A stretch of 64,000 nt of DNA from a virus. Its lineage: Duplodnaviria; Caudoviricetes. Shown in pieces: positions 36,148-48,000 of this stretch. Made by a program: the position numbers and the translations under genes. Where the stretch lies: positions 4,060 to 68,059 of the IMG/VR virus record IMGVR_UViG_3300037067_018554. The stretch is one strand, 5' to 3'. The notes beneath the pieces were generated by a model. That model saw nothing but the letters and a program-made list of their open reading frames with translations, did no database searches and was not told the DNA's origin. Positions within the stretch are counted from its first letter, which is position 1. Every line of letters starts with the position of its first letter.

Positions 36148-39100
36148 ATGTTCTCAACACAGAAACTCTATGACATCTCCGAATTCGATACTTATAAATC
36201 CATGGATGGAGCATTTCGTTTTGGAACTATCTGGCTTATGGTGCCTCCACTCAGCATCCATTTCAGCAATATTAAAGGCAATGAAGTATCATGGACAATG
36301 CGACAGCAAGGTCCTAGCTTCAATAAAACTGGTCGTGGAATGATATCTTTTGATGTCGATCTAGTATTCTCTGGGCGTCATGCTATTGAAAAACAACTTG
36401 CCCCAATACTAGCTATGATACGCCGGAACCCCATACAGATGGTGGCTAATAAAACCTTAGCAAAATTATTGAGTTATGATGACAATAAAAAATTGCCATG
36501 TATCCCCATAGCTGTTACACACTACGCTCTCAATACTATGCAAGATCTGCCAGACACACTCATCCTAAACTTGAGTTGCATGGTATTTAATATCAAACCA
36601 TATACTCGACGACCCATGTTTCTAAGAGCTGAATTTGTCAAGGAAGATCCAGAGTATCCTGGATATCCAATTCTCAACTTTATACCAACTTCCAATCCAG
36701 AAAACAGTAATCTTTATATAGACTTTTATAACAGCCTTATTAAACCCTGGAATAAAGTTAATGGTTTTATGTTTGCTGGCGAGGGACTGGACAGCCAAGA
36801 AACCCCTGGTTGGTTTAGCGGGAGGTTTGGGAATAGAGAAAAACAAATAGTTAAAAATGGAACCTGTATTCGGTTGCCTGACACACGTGGAGATTTTGTT
36901 GGAAGCAATATGACTATAGGATATCATACCTGGGGTATAGATATTGCCCTAGATACCAACCTTGGGGCCTATCTAAGTAATAGAAGTGGGAAATGGGTAG
37001 AGACTGAAGGGGAGGCTAAGCAAGATATTATCGAATGGCTAGGGATTAAAGATGATACAGAAAAACACAGGTCCTTAAAAAATTTAATAAAGGGATACTC
37101 GGATTTACTTACGGCTCTGCCCGCAAGCAATGTTGGTGGCAAATATGTGAAAAAATTTCACATTAATACTGATAGTATCAAACAAATAGTCAGTCAAAGT
37201 ATACAGCGTAGTCTACCTATTAGTGTGCTCCCTACACTTTCCTCTCATATACCTACTATACAATATCTAGGAGGGGCCGAGTCAAGTTTACAAGTAAGCA
37301 TCGTAACACAAAACGAAGAGTGGCTTCAGATACTAAAAGCAGTAGATGCTACAATTGAAGCTTCGGCACGAGATCTACATCGTAAATATGGGTGGGAAAG
37401 CACCTATATAGAGTCTGATATTCCTAACATCAATGGAACGTTCAATGTTGTATGGGGTGACATAGATGTACAAAGTGTTGAAGACAACCCTGGGACCTAT
37501 ATAGTCAATATAAAGTTTCAAGAACAAGGAGAGATAGTTAATGTTTTAAATACTCCTCCCACGCAAGACAAAAAACTGAAGCGTAAGCTATTGGACGCCA
37601 TTATTAATGAGTATGCGCAGACTGGAAAATTGTGGACTTATGATGCTTCCGTAGACAAGAGAACTAAAAAATATACATACGGACATGATTGGAATTCCAC
37701 TTCCTATATTCGGGCTATTATCATACCCGACATTATCCGCGTTATTCGTGATGAATATATTAAATATTTAAAAAACACATATTATGGTAAAGGTAGTTGC
37801 TTTCAAATATGGCCAGCAACCATAGGATTTTTCCAGAGCAATACAGACAGTGAATATATAACCAGAAATCTCATGATGCAAAATGCTGCTACTGCCACGC
37901 AAGTAGCTCTATTGGATCCTACAACTTTTGCGGCGCATCTTATTGAAAAAGGATTAAATAGTGCAGGTTTTATAGACTCAACAAAAGGTATTACAGAATA
38001 TGAGAGAGTAGAAAATGCTTATAATGCCATATGGCGTGCTATCGTTGGTGCCCCACCATTAGAGCAGGGTGCAATATTTGGAGGAGTATCTCCTGAAGTG
38101 TATAACTCTCTTGGCCTAAAAGCACAGATGATGATGCTAATATGTGAAAACGACGCTAATGAATTAGCGGCATGGCAAGGAGCTGTAGGCTATAGCGAAA
38201 AGGGATACTTTGCTGCTTTTCGTAGATGGCTAAGGGATAATCCTCCTGTCGATCTTCTTATGCGACACTTTGTTGGAAGACTAGATTATCTAATTCGCAG
38301 TCCTCACTTGCTACTATGGGAACTCGATCGCATGAAGCATATAGACGCTAGCGAGCGCGCAGACCTGAAGACGCAGTTGTGCCCTCAAAAAAATCCTACA
38401 AAACAAACATTTAGATTAGAGTATTATCTCTCAAACTATCCCGATATGGGCATGCCTTATCAATATTATCCTCGAGATATTCATGGGAACAAGTTATCCA
38501 AACTCCCTTATATTTTTATGTCGCCAACATTCTATATGCAAAAAAACTCTGTCCTAGCAGAACAGGGCCCTGCTGATGATGAACAACTAAAAAATACCTC
38601 TGAGATAAAAACTCAGATCAATTCTATATCTAAAAAAGTATTAGATGACCGCGTCTCACGCAAAAAAGCTCTTGGACACTATTTATATGGCGGGTTTAAT
38701 CCCAATAGTACATCTTCCAACGATGGCCTGCGGACCCTTACTCGGGTGCCATCCGAACTAATTGTTCAAGATGCCAAAGAAAAACAAAAGATGGACGAAT
38801 ACCAACAACGACTTAAGGATATCGAAGCGACTAGAACTAACTATAATGTAAAATACCAGTCTAGTACTATCCAAACCCTAGGTTCATCAGATATGGTGAA
38901 CTATAATGCATCTTTAAATGATAGCTCCTCTTATTCCAATGAAACGTCTCGACAGGCAATTACAGAACATATTCGCGAAGGGCGTCTCTGGCGAGCAACT
39001 TTTAAGGACCATAACCCCAATATAGAGCAAGACCTTCAAAATATAATTAAAAAAGGTTATGATGCTATATATAATGATGCTGAATACTATTCCCTAGATA

Positions 39101-42100
39101 AGGCATTCCCGACCTATAAGCTATATTTTAGGATAGAAAATAAACCTGAGTGGTTTTTGTTTGATCAGTTCTTTGATTTCAAGGGGGCAGATAGTATTAA
39201 GTATTATAAAGACAAAGCTGCACCAGGTTCAGTCTTATATATCACACTAAATAATCACAATAACTGCTTATCGGATATTGCTGCATTATCTGCGCATCGT
39301 TCTTTTGCTGCTGGAGATCTTAATACTTCCGATCAAATTAAAGTTTGGGCTACCGCTGCAGCTGATAATTCTCAGACCCGGGGTGGCAATACCCGCCCGG
39401 GAGACTTATTTGAAAAAAGTATATGGGGTAAGCCCGCCTCATCAAAACAAACCGATATAGAATATCTCAAGCAAACTGTGCCTACCTCTATACGCAAGTT
39501 ATTTGTGCGTGCAGGTACTCAACTGCAATTAAAACTTGGATATAAACCAGGCTCAGAAGATTTGTCAACAATTTTCAATGGGTATATCTCCGATGTTAGT
39601 TACGCTGATGATCAGATTATGATCGTAGCCCATAGTTATGGAGCCGAGCTTTTAACAGATGCCAACGTAGGATGGCTAGTAGGACGCGCCCTGCCTCCTA
39701 AGGCTCTAATCTGGAAATTGCTAGCCAACTCCAATATCAAGCACTTAGGTAGATTTCTTGGTGCTTCAATAACTCCCGATGGTAGTTTTCTGGGCAACTT
39801 CGAGGTCTCATCTTTTGATGACAACATCTATATCGATGAACTAACACAAGAGGGTTTTGCAGCTATACTTCAAGCCTATAATGCTGATAATATGACAGTC
39901 TGGGATGTGTTGCAGGATATTGCCGCAGCACATCCCGGGTACATATGTGCAACTGTACCATATGATAACCGAGAAACTATCTTCTTCGGGCGTCCAGATT
40001 CCCTATATCAATTCACACATGACCTTGGAGTGTCTCGCAAACTCACCAAAGAAGAACAAGGATATGGTTCTATTGGCGGAGCTCCCAAACTACAACTTCC
40101 AGAAGGAGAGATTAATCAGCTTCAATGGTTACGTATTAAACAACAATCCGAGGAAATGATTACTACGCAAATGATTAAGCGCTGTCAAGAATTGGTTAAT
40201 GCTAACACGAGCCGCCTCGAAACAGAGTTCTATATGTATGCTATGAAGTATTGCCAGTATGTAGAAATACTAATGAACCTAGCGTGTGATCCCTCTAGTG
40301 GGAACATGGAATATGCCCTAGGGGAAGTTGTGGGCGGGGAACCCAGTCCATCCAGTGAACAAAGTGTTGGTACAACTAACGTCGGGCACGTGCATAACCG
40401 CTTAGATGGGGGAATGCGCAAATTTGCTCCACTTGGCGAAGGCATTAAAGCCTATAATGACCTTTATGATATATACTTTAGGGTTACTGCTTTTATGTCT
40501 ACGAGTATGGATTATGGTGTAGCAGAACAAATGAAATATTACTGGAACCAATCAGAGAAAGCCAAAAAACGTATGGATGAAGCATTATCAAGAGTAGCTA
40601 CTGGAGGAGATGCAGATAAAAATATCCCAGATAAAGATACTGATGGCCCAGTTGGCGCATTGCTAAAAAGTGTAGATAACACTCTATATGCGCCTATATT
40701 GAAATTAGGAGAAGAAGCCTACGCAAGGTGGGGCATTGATTCGGTTTTTGTGGCTGTAGCATGGTCACAAGTTGCTATGGCACTCCAGAATATGAATGTT
40801 CTCCTAGGTAAAATTGTACCATCACAACCTAAAGACGAAAATGACAATGCATTAAACCCTATCTTGCTTGGAAAATATTATGAAAATGTTACCATACCTG
40901 GGCGAGGGGTGCTTACCAACTCTATATTTAAATTTACACAAGAAGACTGGAGTGCCATTAATAGCAATACTATAGACCTAGGAACATGGCTAAGAAAAAC
41001 ATGCTTGCAGGCACATGCCTATCTGCGTAGCATGTTGCTCAATAAACTAGGCTTTAATGGTTCTGAATATCAATTTCTATCTCTAGCGGGGCATGCGCCT
41101 AATAAAAAATACTTCCGCCAATATCACTTACTCAATGGATTTGAAAACATAATCAGCAACAACATTAAAACCTCCTTCCAAACTATGTGGAATAGGGTGC
41201 GCGTTAAGTATGAAAGGCATAACGCAACTCTTATGAATATCTACTTGCCTGCGTTTGTTAAACTAGATCTCCCATTTGTTCTACCATTTACGGCAGCTAA
41301 CTCAGACTTTACCATCAAGGCTGGCAATACACTAGGTAATGAAATATCAAGAGAGTTAACCACTAGTGTTGAAAATGCCAAGACAGTGGTTCAAGCCAGA
41401 CACTATGCTACTAGTTATCTAGGAGAAGGAATACGCAATATGTATGCTGGTAGTTTAACTATCTTGGGAAACCCAGATATTAAACCATATGACATCGCAT
41501 ATATTTACGACGACTACAACGGCATGGCTGGACCTGTTGAAGTCAAGAGTGTGACCCATCTTATGTCCGCAGAAACTGGGTTTATTACAGTTATAGAACC
41601 TCATGCCAAAGTAGACGTACTTGGCATAGGAGATAGTCCCACTGCTATTATTGGCACTCTATTTGATGTAGCCAGTCTCGTGCCTCTCTTCTCACTACTT
41701 AGGCCCGTTAAAGCAGTTAAGGGTCTGGGATGGCTTGTAAAAGGTGTATCTAAAATAAAAGCTAATCCATCACAATTCATGAAGAAAGACTTGCCAGATG
41801 CTTGGTCGAAATTAACTAAGACAACATCTGACTATTATGATAACTTTAAAGCCTGGGGCACCAAACAAGGCGAAGCTGTTAATGCAGCTATTGCCAAAGG
41901 CATACGCACAGATATCTTCGGTGATACTGAAAAAGCGAACAAGTTTGCTAAAAGCCTAGGTATAGACAATGCTGATCTATTAAAACGTCGCCTTGTATAC
42001 ATCAGTAATCGTAAACTTCGTAAGTCGGGGAATAGAATTGCACAAACCACTATTGATAAGAAGTTTGCAGAGATGAGTCCCACAGCCCTTCAAAATAATA

Positions 42101-42561
42101 TTGAGAAGCTAGCCAATAAGGTTAAGTATGATAAGTTAACACCTGAGCAACAAAAAGCTTTTGATGAAGCTCTAGCAAGTATAGATAATATAAAACTCTC
42201 AGAGGCGGGTGATATATTATCCAATATTGTTGATACGCATACCAAAAAGATTAAAGACAAGCTTAGTTGGGTCGGATTGGCAGGCAACTACAAGCTTCTA
42301 AAGTTGCTTATGATTGGATCAACACTAGGAACCTATGAATTCATGATAGGGCGCGATGATCCCAATTATGCTTGTCCTGTACTCATTACTCCACTATCTA
42401 AATATGGAGAGCCGTTCACCGCAGGGCTAGATGGTATTAATCGGGATGGTGACCTTTTCCATATTATCGAAAATGAGGTATTGCGCATGAAGTGCTCACT
42501 AGACACCATAGGGCAATTTGCCAATTTCATTGGCTCAGTAACTAGGGATGCAGTATCATGA
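36148..42561 (+). CDS. Very large baseplate hub / tail initiator protein (2137 aa)
   Basis: Hub-like (gp27/late-control-D) segments IFNGYISDV...IVAHSYGAEL and GSLTILGNPDIKPYD...VKSVTH; follows the tape-measure locus. Confidence 0.7.
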   Translation: MFSTQKLYDISEFDTYKSMDGAFRFGTIWLMVPPLSIHFSNIKGNEVSWTMRQQGPSFNKTGRGMISFDVDLVFSGRHAIEKQLAPILAMIRRNPIQMVANKTLAKLLSYDDNKKLPCIPIAVTHYALNTMQDLPDTLILNLSCMVFNIKPYTRRPMFLRAEFVKEDPEYPGYPILNFIPTSNPENSNLYIDFYNSLIKPWNKVNGFMFAGEGLDSQETPGWFSGRFGNREKQIVKNGTCIRLPDTRGDFVGSNMTIGYHTWGIDIALDTNLGAYLSNRSGKWVETEGEAKQDIIEWLGIKDDTEKHRSLKNLIKGYSDLLTALPASNVGGKYVKKFHINTDSIKQIVSQSIQRSLPISVLPTLSSHIPTIQYLGGAESSLQVSIVTQNEEWLQILKAVDATIEASARDLHRKYGWESTYIESDIPNINGTFNVVWGDIDVQSVEDNPGTYIVNIKFQEQGEIVNVLNTPPTQDKKLKRKLLDAIINEYAQTGKLWTYDASVDKRTKKYTYGHDWNSTSYIRAIIIPDIIRVIRDEYIKYLKNTYYGKGSCFQIWPATIGFFQSNTDSEYITRNLMMQNAATATQVALLDPTTFAAHLIEKGLNSAGFIDSTKGITEYERVENAYNAIWRAIVGAPPLEQGAIFGGVSPEVYNSLGLKAQMMMLICENDANELAAWQGAVGYSEKGYFAAFRRWLRDNPPVDLLMRHFVGRLDYLIRSPHLLLWELDRMKHIDASERADLKTQLCPQKNPTKQTFRLEYYLSNYPDMGMPYQYYPRDIHGNKLSKLPYIFMSPTFYMQKNSVLAEQGPADDEQLKNTSEIKTQINSISKKVLDDRVSRKKALGHYLYGGFNPNSTSSNDGLRTLTRVPSELIVQDAKEKQKMDEYQQRLKDIEATRTNYNVKYQSSTIQTLGSSDMVNYNASLNDSSSYSNETSRQAITEHIREGRLWRATFKDHNPNIEQDLQNIIKKGYDAIYNDAEYYSLDKAFPTYKLYFRIENKPEWFLFDQFFDFKGADSIKYYKDKAAPGSVLYITLNNHNNCLSDIAALSAHRSFAAGDLNTSDQIKVWATAAADNSQTRGGNTRPGDLFEKSIWGKPASSKQTDIEYLKQTVPTSIRKLFVRAGTQLQLKLGYKPGSEDLSTIFNGYISDVSYADDQIMIVAHSYGAELLTDANVGWLVGRALPPKALIWKLLANSNIKHLGRFLGASITPDGSFLGNFEVSSFDDNIYIDELTQEGFAAILQAYNADNMTVWDVLQDIAAAHPGYICATVPYDNRETIFFGRPDSLYQFTHDLGVSRKLTKEEQGYGSIGGAPKLQLPEGEINQLQWLRIKQQSEEMITTQMIKRCQELVNANTSRLETEFYMYAMKYCQYVEILMNLACDPSSGNMEYALGEVVGGEPSPSSEQSVGTTNVGHVHNRLDGGMRKFAPLGEGIKAYNDLYDIYFRVTAFMSTSMDYGVAEQMKYYWNQSEKAKKRMDEALSRVATGGDADKNIPDKDTDGPVGALLKSVDNTLYAPILKLGEEAYARWGIDSVFVAVAWSQVAMALQNMNVLLGKIVPSQPKDENDNALNPILLGKYYENVTIPGRGVLTNSIFKFTQEDWSAINSNTIDLGTWLRKTCLQAHAYLRSMLLNKLGFNGSEYQFLSLAGHAPNKKYFRQYHLLNGFENIISNNIKTSFQTMWNRVRVKYERHNATLMNIYLPAFVKLDLPFVLPFTAANSDFTIKAGNTLGNEISRELTTSVENAKTVVQARHYATSYLGEGIRNMYAGSLTILGNPDIKPYDIAYIYDDYNGMAGPVEVKSVTHLMSAETGFITVIEPHAKVDVLGIGDSPTAIIGTLFDVASLVPLFSLLRPVKAVKGLGWLVKGVSKIKANPSQFMKKDLPDAWSKLTKTTSDYYDNFKAWGTKQGEAVNAAIAKGIRTDIFGDTEKANKFAKSLGIDNADLLKRRLVYISNRKLRKSGNRIAQTTIDKKFAEMSPTALQNNIEKLANKVKYDKLTPEQQKAFDEALASIDNIKLSEAGDILSNIVDTHTKKIKDKLSWVGLAGNYKLLKLLMIGSTLGTYEFMIGRDDPNYACPVLITPLSKYGEPFTAGLDGINRDGDLFHIIENEVLRMKCSLDTIGQFANFIGSVTRDAVS

Positions 42562-43364
42562 ACATCAAAAGCCTAGTTAAAAGCGCCGCCAACCTAGAGT
42601 CGATGCGCTCGCAAAATCTAGAGATTAATATTGTAAGCATTATATCTATATCTCAAGACAATATCTACGCAACAGTAATGGATGTTAACCCAGACCATGG
42701 AGCTGAAAAATGTGTGGCCCGGATTATTAATCCTCTAGGAGTAACTGCACCTCTTAATGTAACTAGATACCAAGGTATTCTATTTGGATCGCCTAAAAAT
42801 CCTATTGCTGTTATGCTCGTGGATGTATCAGATAACATCCATCCCGACATTAGCTATAATGGGTCTGATTCCCTACAGAGTGGAGGTGGCAAAAATACTC
42901 AAATACCAGTAATCGGGAAAATAGAAAATGATAATAAAGATGATAATCTCGACGAAAAAGCTTATCGTAGAGACCATCCCCATGACAACATGGTTGTAGT
43001 TAAACCGTTATTGCCTTCTACAACACCCAATAACTCTATTAATGATATTCCTAAAAACCCCAATCTGGCTCGAGATATACCTACGGGTTATCTTATGGTC
43101 GCTGAAGACAAAGCAAGAATTGCAGCAAGCAGCAATTGTGGCATTGAGATAGATAAATATAATGGGATTACTGCAACAGGCAAGTTTAATATTACTGCGC
43201 CTGTAGGGGAAGTTCGAATCGGCGGGATGTGGAGATTAAATCCCATGTTGATGTATATGATACCATCTACAGCTATAACGCCAATCCCTGCCCTTATCTT
43301 TTCCATACCAGGCAAAGCACTATTATCAGGTGTAGAAGACATGATAAAAGATGTTTTTTCGTAA
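42558..43364 (+). CDS. Baseplate central spike (gpV/gp5-like)
   Basis: Follows the hub with a 4-nt overlap; N-terminal OB-like strands, C-terminal short beta repeats. Confidence 0.55.
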   Translation: MNIKSLVKSAANLESMRSQNLEINIVSIISISQDNIYATVMDVNPDHGAEKCVARIINPLGVTAPLNVTRYQGILFGSPKNPIAVMLVDVSDNIHPDISYNGSDSLQSGGGKNTQIPVIGKIENDNKDDNLDEKAYRRDHPHDNMVVVKPLLPSTTPNNSINDIPKNPNLARDIPTGYLMVAEDKARIAASSNCGIEIDKYNGITATGKFNITAPVGEVRIGGMWRLNPMLMYMIPSTAITPIPALIFSIPGKALLSGVEDMIKDVFS

Positions 43365-43401
43365 GTAAAACACGTTAAAATAATATATTGAGGGCCAATA
43401 A

Positions 43402-43824
43402 ATGCCAGGCACTTATTCACAACGTGACATCCAAATCACGGACGACGGCGATCTTGTTAATGACTCCAACGGCGACTTCCTAGTTGCAGACATTAATAGA
43501 TCCATAGTCCAAAGTGTAATGCTATGCCTACTCACAGAGTATAGTGATTTTAATGCCTATAATGAAATAGGATCGACTCTAGAGCAATATATAGGTGAAA
43601 ATAATACACAAGATACTGCCGATAATATAGCCCAAGAGATAGAAAGAGCCCTTACTGCTCGAGGAACATTCCAGGGAGACGATATAGAGGTAGATGTAAT
43701 ACCCATCTCGGCTACTGAACTGCTAATTAAATTAGCTATCTATAATTCCATTACAGGTGAAACCGACATTACTCTTAAGTTTGATTTAGATAATTTAGGC
43801 GCCACACTAGTAACATCGGAGTAG
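43402..43824 (+). CDS. Baseplate wedge gp25/gpW-like protein
   Basis: DIQITDDGDLV...LEQYIGENN...IERAL...IEVDVIPIS pattern; precedes the J-like gene. Confidence 0.75.
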   Translation: MPGTYSQRDIQITDDGDLVNDSNGDFLVADINRSIVQSVMLCLLTEYSDFNAYNEIGSTLEQYIGENNTQDTADNIAQEIERALTARGTFQGDDIEVDVIPISATELLIKLAIYNSITGETDITLKFDLDNLGATLVTSE

Positions 43825-43829
43825 TTGCC

Positions 43830-45077
43830 ATGCCTCTTGTTTTTAAAACAGTTGCCACTCTTAACAGAGAAAGTCTTCTTGCCCTGCAATCATATACTAG
43901 TACCACTATGCTGCAAGACGGCACTATTGCCAAAGCACTATTGCGCGCCATTAACATATTGTTGGGCGAGGTACATGATAATCTAGAAGTATCTTCACTT
44001 GGGCGGTATCTATCTACGGCTACAGGAGGAGAGTTAGACTATATAGGTGAAATGCTTAACTGCCCTCGTGGTGGAGCCGCTATTGCTTCTGGAGCAAATA
44101 TACAAAAATTCTATGTTAATACTGGCACTCTAGGTGATCTACCTGGAATAGGGACACTATCTAACATTATCCCCGCTGGCACCATCGTATCATCCACAGA
44201 CGGTGTCATTCAATATCAAGTCATGAGTTCCGTTGGGTTTGCTAATTCAGATACTCAGGTAATAACATCCATAGAAGCTTTTGAGTCTGGATTTGGGTAT
44301 AATATAGGACCTAACGTTCTACGCTCACATAACCTTGGAGTGACAGGATTATTAACTACCAATATCGATAACACTACTGGTGGAACTAATATTCAAGACG
44401 ATGATGAATATCGATATATGCTTAGCAAGGCAGTCACCAAAGCAGAGGCAGCCAATGAGACTGCTGTAAGATTAGCAGCACTTAGTGCTGCCGGTGTCAG
44501 CACTATATATCTTATACCCTACCAGTTTGGGGTAGGGTCCTACAATGTTATAGTGATCGGGAATACACCAGTAACTTCCGATGCAGTTCTATTAGATGTT
44601 CTTACACGTATTAGAAAGGTCACTGCACTAGGTGAATTCTGTTATGTATCTGCCCCTAGATATATGGGCATTGAGCTTACTGCTCATCTAGAGTTTAAGT
44701 CCAACCTTACTACAGTAGAGAAAGACACTCTATCCGGTATAGTAGAGCAAGCTATTTATGATTATATTAATAACATTCCTCTAGGACAGTCGTTCATTAA
44801 AAACGAATTAATTCAAAGAATTATGGATGTTTCAGACAACATACTAGATGTCATAACAGATCCATCCAATGAGAATAATCTACGCACATATATTTGGTAC
44901 CCAACTACTACATTGTTTGATCCCAATACTGGGATTACTAGCTCCACGAGAGTTCGTGAAGAGTTTACAGGAAATTATAATATCAATTATTTTGATGACA
45001 AAATGGTTATTGAACAAGACATGCAAGGTTTTACTCACCCGGCTACATTTCAAGCCGTAACAATCACATGGGAATAA
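43830..45077 (+). CDS. Baseplate J-like wedge protein
   Basis: STATGGELDYIG..LNCPR, IPAGT.V, GGTNIQDDDEYR and ALSAAGVS motifs of Baseplate_J proteins. Confidence 0.88.
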   Translation: MPLVFKTVATLNRESLLALQSYTSTTMLQDGTIAKALLRAINILLGEVHDNLEVSSLGRYLSTATGGELDYIGEMLNCPRGGAAIASGANIQKFYVNTGTLGDLPGIGTLSNIIPAGTIVSSTDGVIQYQVMSSVGFANSDTQVITSIEAFESGFGYNIGPNVLRSHNLGVTGLLTTNIDNTTGGTNIQDDDEYRYMLSKAVTKAEAANETAVRLAALSAAGVSTIYLIPYQFGVGSYNVIVIGNTPVTSDAVLLDVLTRIRKVTALGEFCYVSAPRYMGIELTAHLEFKSNLTTVEKDTLSGIVEQAIYDYINNIPLGQSFIKNELIQRIMDVSDNILDVITDPSNENNLRTYIWYPTTTLFDPNTGITSSTRVREEFTGNYNINYFDDKMVIEQDMQGFTHPATFQAVTITWE

Positions 45078-45085
45078 TCTAGTTC

Positions 45086-48000
45086 ATGAGCTCAAGCCTC
45101 AATTCATACTGTCTTCAGCCTAGTGGAGTCGCATATTACACATATGCAACCCAGGAAATAGCTAATCAGTTTCCGCGCTGGATGAAGATTCGCACAGATA
45201 AAACCTCTGTTGGGCAGGGGTTTATTAATGCTTTTGGTATGCAAGTCGAATATATAGAAAGAAAAGCCAACGAAATTGCAGATAATGATTTTCTAGTTAC
45301 TGCTAGACTTAACCCCATAGATTATCTATATAAGATCGCATTAGCAAAACGGCTAAATTTAGATTATTCTACAGTTTATACCATTACCGGAAACAGGGAT
45401 GGTGTTGCAATACCACTTCGCCAGATTAATACATTTACTAACTTTGGAGATAATTATCAACTTTTTGCTTATGGGATGACCCCCTCAGTATTTAGCTCGG
45501 GACTATTACAGGTCGCTGCTCCAGAAGATATCACGCTACACGAAAGTATTTTGCCCTTTGATGTAGACTATATCAATTATTATGGTGATCAAAAAGAAAC
45601 ATATTTCTGGCTTAACCCAGATACTCAAAAGCTCGAATACTTTTACTACACTAACGAGCAAATGGAAATTCCTCTTGAAGTTGCCCCACTTAAAGAAGTC
45701 ATAGCTTCTTATACGCTACAAGCGCATGACACGCATGAGATTATATACCCATCTGGTAACTATATAGGTGCATCAATCTATGAAGACCAACTCTTGATCG
45801 CCAACCAAGATAAACTTTTCTTGTTCAATGTCAGAGCACCCCTTCTCAAAAATACCGATACGGGATGGGCGCACAATACAGAAGAGACAACCGTAGAGTC
45901 TACGGCTACCTATGATATGCCAATAATGACAGCTCCTAGCGGATTGGCATGGGATGACTCCAGTCGTAGTTTCTGGATCCAAAATGATGGCAGCTATACA
46001 AGCTTTGATTTTGAGTATGATTATTTTATGGTGGATCCCGACAATCGTAATATCCTGCTACGCAACACATATACTGAAGTTTTAGTAGATGGGGCAGCAG
46101 CTACCCCGGTAATCCAAAATGTATGGAACCATTTCGATGAATTCGGCCTGCTTTTAGATACACCTAGAAAAGATGGCGAAAATAATTACAACTATAAACA
46201 AAGACTATTGGATGTATTTAAATTTCGCAGTAACTCTACCTATCAAGGCATTATTAATTCTGTTAGTAGAGATCTATCTTTAACATACTATGGTGGCTTA
46301 CTCCAGGATACATACCCAGAAAACCTTTTTGCTTCTGGGATATTTTATGCAGGGTATAATATTTACCCTTCTGGAGTCCCAGATAACATCCTAGATGTTG
46401 CCAAAATTGACACCATTAATACCGATTACCACTATGACTCCCATGTAGATGAAAACAACATACCTGATGCTACATTAGCGGATTACACCGATGAGATCCT
46501 ACGTACCTACCCCATATTATGGGGTAGTGGCACTACAGACCCCTATGGCTTCATCTGGGATCTTGCCCATTTTGATGGTAGTTTTAATGCTGCTAAAATT
46601 GTGCCAGACTTTATGGGCAACCTATATTCAGGAGTACCCACAGACTATTTCCAGTCTGGTGTTGAAGATCCAGATTCTGATGCCTTGACTATTAGACTAT
46701 CAAGAGATGAAAATGATAACTGGTACCCAGAGGTAAAAACAGGCGTTGCGTTTATTCACAATCAGTCATATTACATTTTTGCAGACCCACGTACGGCTCT
46801 CATACCTAGCGGTGCAATGACATTCACTCTACCAGCGGAGTATTTAGAAGATTTCCCGGTCACCGTCTATGATCCCTCTGGGTATGTAACAGGAACTTCT
46901 GGGTATCAATTCCTAGGCACCTCTATTTTTGGGGATGCCACCTATGAATTCATACCTAGTGGTCACCTACTTTTATTCGAAACACCCATTACAGACGCCC
47001 TGGAAGTATGTTATGAAACATCCTCCAGTAGATGGTGTAGGCTTCCATGGGATCTTAACCCTATTCATGGTAATTCATATGATGGATTTGTTTGGATAAG
47101 CAACCAGATCCAACAACTAGACCCAAATAATGCCATGCAATTAACTGTTAATCCTGATGAACTATACTTTGGTATGGGTGGTGCTGCCTGTATAGCCAAG
47201 GTGCTAGACACAAATGGGGAACCTGTAGTAGGTGCCCGTATCGACTTTAGCCTATCCCCAGCTACTCTAGGAATGCTTACCAATACCACTGCATGGACGC
47301 AGTTTGATGGAGCTGGGATTTCATTTTATCAACCCCCTACCACCGTATACACAGAGTCGGCGTCCGGGATCATGATTGAAGACACTCCTGCCTGGAATAA
47401 TCTGGCTATGTCACCTGGTCAACCAATACAACTAGGTGGCCAAGCATGTGTGTGGTTTAATAACCAAGTATGGACATTTGGTGGATATGAATCAGTGCCA
47501 GGGGTAGATATACCTCTTCCTACAAGCAAAATTTATAGCATGACCCCCAACGCCCACCACTGGCTCAATTATGGCTCCAATACAGCTTGGCAAAACGGCC
47601 TTGTAAACGCTAGTGCTACAGTTGATGATGACAGAATATGGATGTATGGTGGAACATATTCTTCCGATCCTAGTGGCACTATCCTAACATCAAGTAATGA
47701 GATCTGGTATTCTGACAATGGCTTTACGTGGTTCCAAACAACCCCCGAAACAGGAATGCCTGGACAACGAGTGGATTACAGTTTCACAGCTTTTGCTGGG
47801 ACTTTATATCTTATAGGTGGCAGAGATCCCGACACTTCGCTTCTGACAAATGATGCTTGGACTACAAGAGATGGGGTGCATTGGAACCAGATTATTGGTT
47901 GCCCTTGTGCAAATCGCTATGATCATATAGCATACTGCAAAAATGGCCTGCTTTATATTGCTGGCGGATTCGATTCAAGTAATCTTCCATTGCATTCTAC

